The notes under the pieces: generated by a model
Told to the model about the DNA's origin: nothing
Seen by the model: the letters and a program-made list of their open reading frames with translations, nothing else
Databases searched by the model: none
Translations under genes and position numbers: made by a program
Shown here: positions 27,930 through 31,514 of the stretch, piece after piece
Numbering within the stretch: position 1 is the first letter of the stretch
Layout of the letters: the number at the start of each line of letters is the position of its first letter
IMG/VR virus record: IMGVR_UViG_3300012952_000072
Span: 1-31,514 of that record
From: a virus
Taxonomy: Duplodnaviria; Caudoviricetes
Strand: one strand, 5' to 3'
DNA length: 31,514 nucleotides

Positions 27930-28154
27930 CTAATCCCAAAACTTACTGTTCTTGGGAAGTCTTCGTGGTATACAATATGCACTGATGTTTAGCTGCCTAT
28001 CTACCCACCTTCTATTGTCAGGAAATGTGGATCCGTGCTCAATCCAATGTGCAAATTGATTACAGCGATGTACATTCCTGAAATAAAACTCATCATCTAA
28101 TTTATTACCCTCAACGGTTGTGATTAGCACAAACGCCATTATTAGTTCATTCAA
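27930..28154 (-). CDS. Small two-Cys protein with hydrophobic N-terminus
   Basis: 74 aa; LIMAFVLITTV...YFRNVHRCNQFA...SAYCIP. Confidence 0.7.
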   Translation of the reverse strand: MNELIMAFVLITTVEGNKLDDEFYFRNVHRCNQFAHWIEHGSTFPDNRRWVDRQLNISAYCIPRRLPKNSKFWD

Positions 28155-28162
28155 TTAAGTTC

Positions 28163-28660
28163 CTAATTCAGAGGATTAGCTACTTCGTCCAAAGCCTCCC
28201 AAATATCGTTAACTTCCCTGTCTAAGGTTTTGAACTTTGGATCAAAAGTTTTCAAAAAACTATCAAAGTCTTCTACTTGCTTGACTACTAGCTTAGCCTC
28301 CTGCACGGTCGTTCTCATAGACTCTACGTCTTTTTCTGCTTGAACGACTCTTTCTTTAATTAAAAGCAATTCTTTTTGTTGATCAATAATAGTAGTTAAA
28401 TTAACTCCTAGCTCTGTTAGCTTACCTTGTAACTCACTAATATTTTGGTCCTCTAGCTCTTGTTTAATTAACTCTACCTGTTCGTGTAATTCAGTGGTAT
28501 CAGGAATGTCGTATGCTTCGACTGCCTCTAATCTGCTGTACAGCTCGCTTGCTGTCCAAATAGCTCCTGAAATAGTAGTTACGAAGCCAAAAACTACAGC
28601 TAAGTAGATTCCTTTAAACTTAACTCCACCAACATTTATTTCAGTATCTTCTAATGACAT
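28163..28660 (-). CDS. Membrane-anchored coiled-coil protein
   Basis: N-terminal TM (IYLAVVFGFVTTISGAIWTA) then ~115 aa of heptad repeats; ends NPLN. Confidence 0.75.
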   Translation of the reverse strand: MSLEDTEINVGGVKFKGIYLAVVFGFVTTISGAIWTASELYSRLEAVEAYDIPDTTELHEQVELIKQELEDQNISELQGKLTELGVNLTTIIDQQKELLLIKERVVQAEKDVESMRTTVQEAKLVVKQVEDFDSFLKTFDPKFKTLDREVNDIWEALDEVANPLN

Positions 28661-29523
28661 TATTCACAATTCTGTTGATTGAAGAAACAATCATACCCTA
28701 GATAAGTAGGGCTGGTTAAATAAAACAATTCTGATTCTCCGTCTGTTAAAATTTGAGCACTAGTTTTGAATAAGTCTATATCTAGTCCATCTGTGCCATC
28801 GAAATATACGGCACTACCGTTATTTGTGGTTTGCCACTGGACTACTATTCTGTTATTGCTTATATCAAAAGAAGCTACTGCTTCATCTACGAAGCTGGCA
28901 TTATTGTTATCAGCTCCTGTATCGAAAAAATCAACTGCATCCTGATTATTCGCTAAACCTATATAGGCCGCTGCCTCTTGGGCGTATTCTTCTACTTCAT
29001 CAAGAGAGTCGTTATACTCGTCAACAGTCTCTTGTTGTAAAGTTAGACTAGTTTCGTTTGCTTCTACAAACTCCGCTACTTCTTGAGCATCCTCTGCTGT
29101 GCCCGAGGACTGGGCTTCTTCTGCCATCTCAGCTACTTCAAGAATAGTAGCTATTTCTGTTGCAGCATCTACAAAATCACCAACGGCCAATTCCATCTGG
29201 TCTAAAGCGTCATCACCTTGTTCCTGTAAAAATTCTTGTGCTCCATAAAAAGAAGCTCCGGCTACTACACTAATTGCATTATTATACGCTTGTACCTGAG
29301 CCTGGGAAATATGAGCATTAGCTGCCATTCCAGTAGGAGAAACGTACCCATCTGCAGCATTGGCTCCTTGTCCTGCAACAGTTAGTATAGCTAAATTAAG
29401 CTGTCCAACAATATCGCCACTAGTAGTAACTAGGTCGTCAAGAGGATCAGCGTTTGCTGGTTCTGTACTTATCAGAAAGAGACCGGCTATCATCGCCGTT
29501 ATTATCAGCTTCTTCACCTTCAT
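28660..29523 (-). CDS. Secreted, very acidic helical protein
   Basis: Sec signal MKVKKLIITAMIAGLFLISTEPANA; D/E/A-rich with almost no K/R; C-terminal Cys pair. Confidence 0.75.
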   Translation of the reverse strand: MKVKKLIITAMIAGLFLISTEPANADPLDDLVTTSGDIVGQLNLAILTVAGQGANAADGYVSPTGMAANAHISQAQVQAYNNAISVVAGASFYGAQEFLQEQGDDALDQMELAVGDFVDAATEIATILEVAEMAEEAQSSGTAEDAQEVAEFVEANETSLTLQQETVDEYNDSLDEVEEYAQEAAAYIGLANNQDAVDFFDTGADNNNASFVDEAVASFDISNNRIVVQWQTTNNGSAVYFDGTDGLDIDLFKTSAQILTDGESELFYLTSPTYLGYDCFFNQQNCE

Positions 29524-30148
29524 TTTCTCCTAATCCTAGTATTTTATCGTACCAGTCTTTATTGTCCTTGTAATCAGGGATATGAACAGTGGGATTTAGC
29601 TTCAAGGCTAAATAAGCTCGCTTTCCTACAACTAACTTACCGCTTTGTAGAACTGGACAAGGGGTGCCGGAAATAAACATCGATCTCCAAACTTCAACCT
29701 CTTGACACATCCTAGCGACTGCTGCCACTTTCATTCCTAGATCACTAAGAACTTTTGCATCTCTTCGTCTATTACAGTTAGGATCTTCTTTATATGATCC
29801 TCTGCTTAGTCCTACAACACCACTTTGTAGTGCTTGACTTCCTCCTTGAAGACAGGTTTCAGGACCTGTACTCATGAAGGTTGGAGATATAGCTGAATAT
29901 GGTGGCATACCAGAACTCCCAGCCCCATTATATGTTTTAGAATTAGTATTTGTTCTGTTATTACTATTTACAGTACTATTCTGGTTGTTGGTATTTAGAC
30001 TACCCTCCTGATCTCCGCTTTGGTTATCTCCTGAATTATTATCTTCTTCTGAACTAATGTCCGGTATCTCAATATTATCAATATCCGGATACTCTGCAAG
30101 AGCAGAGGTCGGAAACAATAATAGAAGTAGAAGTAACCATCGTTTCAT
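29447..30148 (-). CDS. Secreted Cys-containing protein
   Basis: Sec signal MKRWLLLLLLLFPTSALA; N/T-rich linker; PPYSAISP...C...DPNCNRRRDAKVLSDLGMKVAAVARMCQ...GTPCP. Confidence 0.78.
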   Translation of the reverse strand: MKRWLLLLLLLFPTSALAEYPDIDNIEIPDISSEEDNNSGDNQSGDQEGSLNTNNQNSTVNSNNRTNTNSKTYNGAGSSGMPPYSAISPTFMSTGPETCLQGGSQALQSGVVGLSRGSYKEDPNCNRRRDAKVLSDLGMKVAAVARMCQEVEVWRSMFISGTPCPVLQSGKLVVGKRAYLALKLNPTVHIPDYKDNKDWYDKILGLGENEGEEADNNGDDSRSLSDKYRTSKR

Positions 30149-30149
30149 T

Positions 30150-30353
30150 TTAACTATTAAGAGCTAGGGTTACAACTAACCCAGCCAAAAATAATATTAC
30201 ACCACCTCCCATTTGAAGTTGGCGTTTAAACATCTCATCTAATTTTCCCTCAATATCGTCCAATCGATTAAAGGTAGTTTTCCATCTTTCTTCGCATTGG
30301 ACCTCATGACGAGATAATTCGTTAGCAACATCATCAACACTTTTATTCGACAT
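30150..30353 (-). CDS. Small coiled-coil + C-terminal TM protein (XhlA/holin-like)
   Basis: HEVQCEERWK...RLDDIEGKLD followed by a hydrophobic C-terminus. Confidence 0.65.
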   Translation of the reverse strand: MSNKSVDDVANELSRHEVQCEERWKTTFNRLDDIEGKLDEMFKRQLQMGGGVILFLAGLVVTLALNS

Positions 30354-30804
30354 CCTTCATCAACTTTTCCATGAGCTTACCGTAGTTGCCCTGGCCGAAA
30401 GGTACACCTTCATTAATTTGTACATTAGTCTGACTTCTAATATTGGCTGTATGAGCTTTTTCGAGATCTGATTGTGCTTTAATCTCGTCCATTCTCATCT
30501 TATGAGCCATTTGTAATAAGTCTGCTAAATCTTTGTTAGAGTAAACTCCAGTTTCTTCTGCTTCTTCTAGTTTAGTTTGTATCATATTATCCAATACGGA
30601 AGCAATGTTATTCTTATTACGATAGCCCATATCCAAATAGACAGTATCAATGTATCTCTTGACCTCTCGTTTATTTAGGATTTCCACTACTGCATTTTCA
30701 TTAACGCCAAGATGCTCGACAACTCCTCGAATATTTCCGAAAGTAAGGTACGAGTTTGCTATTTCCAGTCCTTCTGGAGAAATTGTAGTCACTTCTTTAG
30801 CCAT
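30343..30804 (-). CDS. terS: Terminase small subunit (T5-like)
   Basis: ISPEGLEIANSYL HTH region, GYRNK and GNYGKLMEKL motifs; 153 aa; first gene of the late operon. Confidence 0.82.
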   Translation of the reverse strand: MAKEVTTISPEGLEIANSYLTFGNIRGVVEHLGVNENAVVEILNKREVKRYIDTVYLDMGYRNKNNIASVLDNMIQTKLEEAEETGVYSNKDLADLLQMAHKMRMDEIKAQSDLEKAHTANIRSQTNVQINEGVPFGQGNYGKLMEKLMKDVE

Positions 30805-30811
30805 GAGAGAA

Positions 30812-30851
30812 ATTATACTTTAACAAGGGTGTAAAGTCAAGAACTATTTTT
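30812..30851 (-). promoter_or_regulatory. sigma70-type promoter for terS-island-terL operon
   Basis: AAAAATAGTTC-TTGACT(30840-30835)-17 nt-TATAAT(30817-30812). Confidence 0.9.
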
Positions 30852-30865
30852 GGTGGGGTAAAGGT

Positions 30866-30889
30866 AAAAACGGGCCGAAGCCCGCTTTT
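30866..30889 (-). terminator. Intrinsic terminator after TonB-dependent receptor
   Basis: AAAAGCGGGC-TTCG-GCCCGTTTTT. Confidence 0.9.
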
Positions 30890-30907
30890 ATTTAGTGAAA
30901 GCAAATT

Positions 30908-31513
30908 TTAAAATGTATAAAAAATGCCTACAGAATAGCTTGATCCATAAATATCATACTGAGATATTTGACTTGGGTTTCCCCAGTAATAATACTCTTC
31001 GCGGTTATTTAAATTGACAGCTTCGGCTTTCACTGTGAGTTTGTCATTTACCTTATATTTCGCAGTTAAGTCAAGCTGCATATGAGGAGCTACAAATCTT
31101 GAGTTATTTTCAGAAACTGTATCTATATCGCCGTCTTCATCCGCTAACCAATCAAGATATTCAGAACGATAGTTTGCTGCTAAACGAACATCCCAAGGCC
31201 CTTTATCATACCCAATGGATGCATTTGCCGCTTTGTCTGCTAACTTACGAAACGAAGTTGTGAAAGTGTCATCATTATCAAAAGCAAAAGTACTTTCTCC
31301 ATCTGTTAAAGTTCCGTTTAAAGCTACAAACAATCCATTTTCAAGTCCAAACTGTAAATTTATTTCTAAACCATTTATAGTGGAGGACTCAGCATTGATC
31401 CAAGTTTCTACACCGTCATTAAATGTTATATTATTGATGGTTGCAGTCTTTTGAATGGTGGGGTAAATTGCGTTGTCAATGTCTTTGCGAAACACGCCAA
31501 CGGATGCGAACGT
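30908..31513 (-). CDS. TonB-dependent receptor, C-terminal beta-barrel part (5' end outside window)
   Basis: Frame open to the window edge. Amphipathic strands ASVGVFRKDIDN, INGLEIN, ANASIGYD, QLDLTAKY, AVNLNN; terminal aromatic signature YSVGIFYTF. Confidence 0.88.
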   Translation of the reverse strand, partial: TFASVGVFRKDIDNAIYPTIQKTATINNITFNDGVETWINAESSTINGLEINLQFGLENGLFVALNGTLTDGESTFAFDNDDTFTTSFRKLADKAANASIGYDKGPWDVRLAANYRSEYLDWLADEDGDIDTVSENNSRFVAPHMQLDLTAKYKVNDKLTVKAEAVNLNNREEYYYWGNPSQISQYDIYGSSYSVGIFYTF

Positions 31514-31514
31514 C

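Larger units (their letters stand above)
1..31514 (-). mobile_element. T5-like siphovirus (Demerecviridae-like) late/morphogenesis region; no integrase or att site visible
   Basis: Gene order terS-terL-HNH-portal-protease/MCP-head completion-tail completion-terminator-tube-p140-TACs-TMP-Dit-hub is T5-like. All genes are on one strand and tightly coupled. Confidence 0.93.

Noticed and set aside
248-31454. Plus-strand ORFs in the track (e.g. 248..649, 2970..3374, 12992..13327, 19125..19490, 21403..21885, 31215..31454)
   Set aside because: All are antisense shadows of well-supported minus-strand genes, with no recognisable motifs.
1-31514. CRISPR array, tRNA/rRNA, introns/inteins, stop-codon reassignment
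   Set aside because: No spaced repeats or cloverleafs seen. Intergenic gaps are tiny, terL and portal are normal length, and TAA, TAG and TGA all end genes.

Overview
The whole window is one minus-strand late (morphogenesis) region of a T5-like siphovirus, AT-rich and probably infecting an aquatic Gram-negative host (inference). Gene order follows T5: terS, terL, HNH nicking endonuclease, portal, small ORF, prohead protease fused in frame to the major capsid protein, head and tail completion, tail terminator, tail tube, p140-like protein, tail chaperones, tape measure, Dit, and a 1990-aa hub/central fibre. It continues with two putative receptor-binding tip proteins, a fibre chaperone, a collar and a side fibre running off the left edge. 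Four near-consensus sigma70 promoters with a shared A-rich upstream element and three UUCG-loop terminators punctuate it. Departures from T5: (i) a TonB-dependent receptor gene directly upstream of terS. (ii) A ~4.7-kb, 15-gene island between terS and terL holding a secreted/membrane trio, an unannotated 33-aa metallothionein-like peptide, four very basic micro-proteins and an EF-hand membrane protein. (iii) A +1 (UUU-CGU) chaperone frameshift candidate. (iv) An internal start for the capsid protein within the fusion. (v) An apparently leaderless terS. Homology calls come from motif recognition and synteny only; no database search was run.
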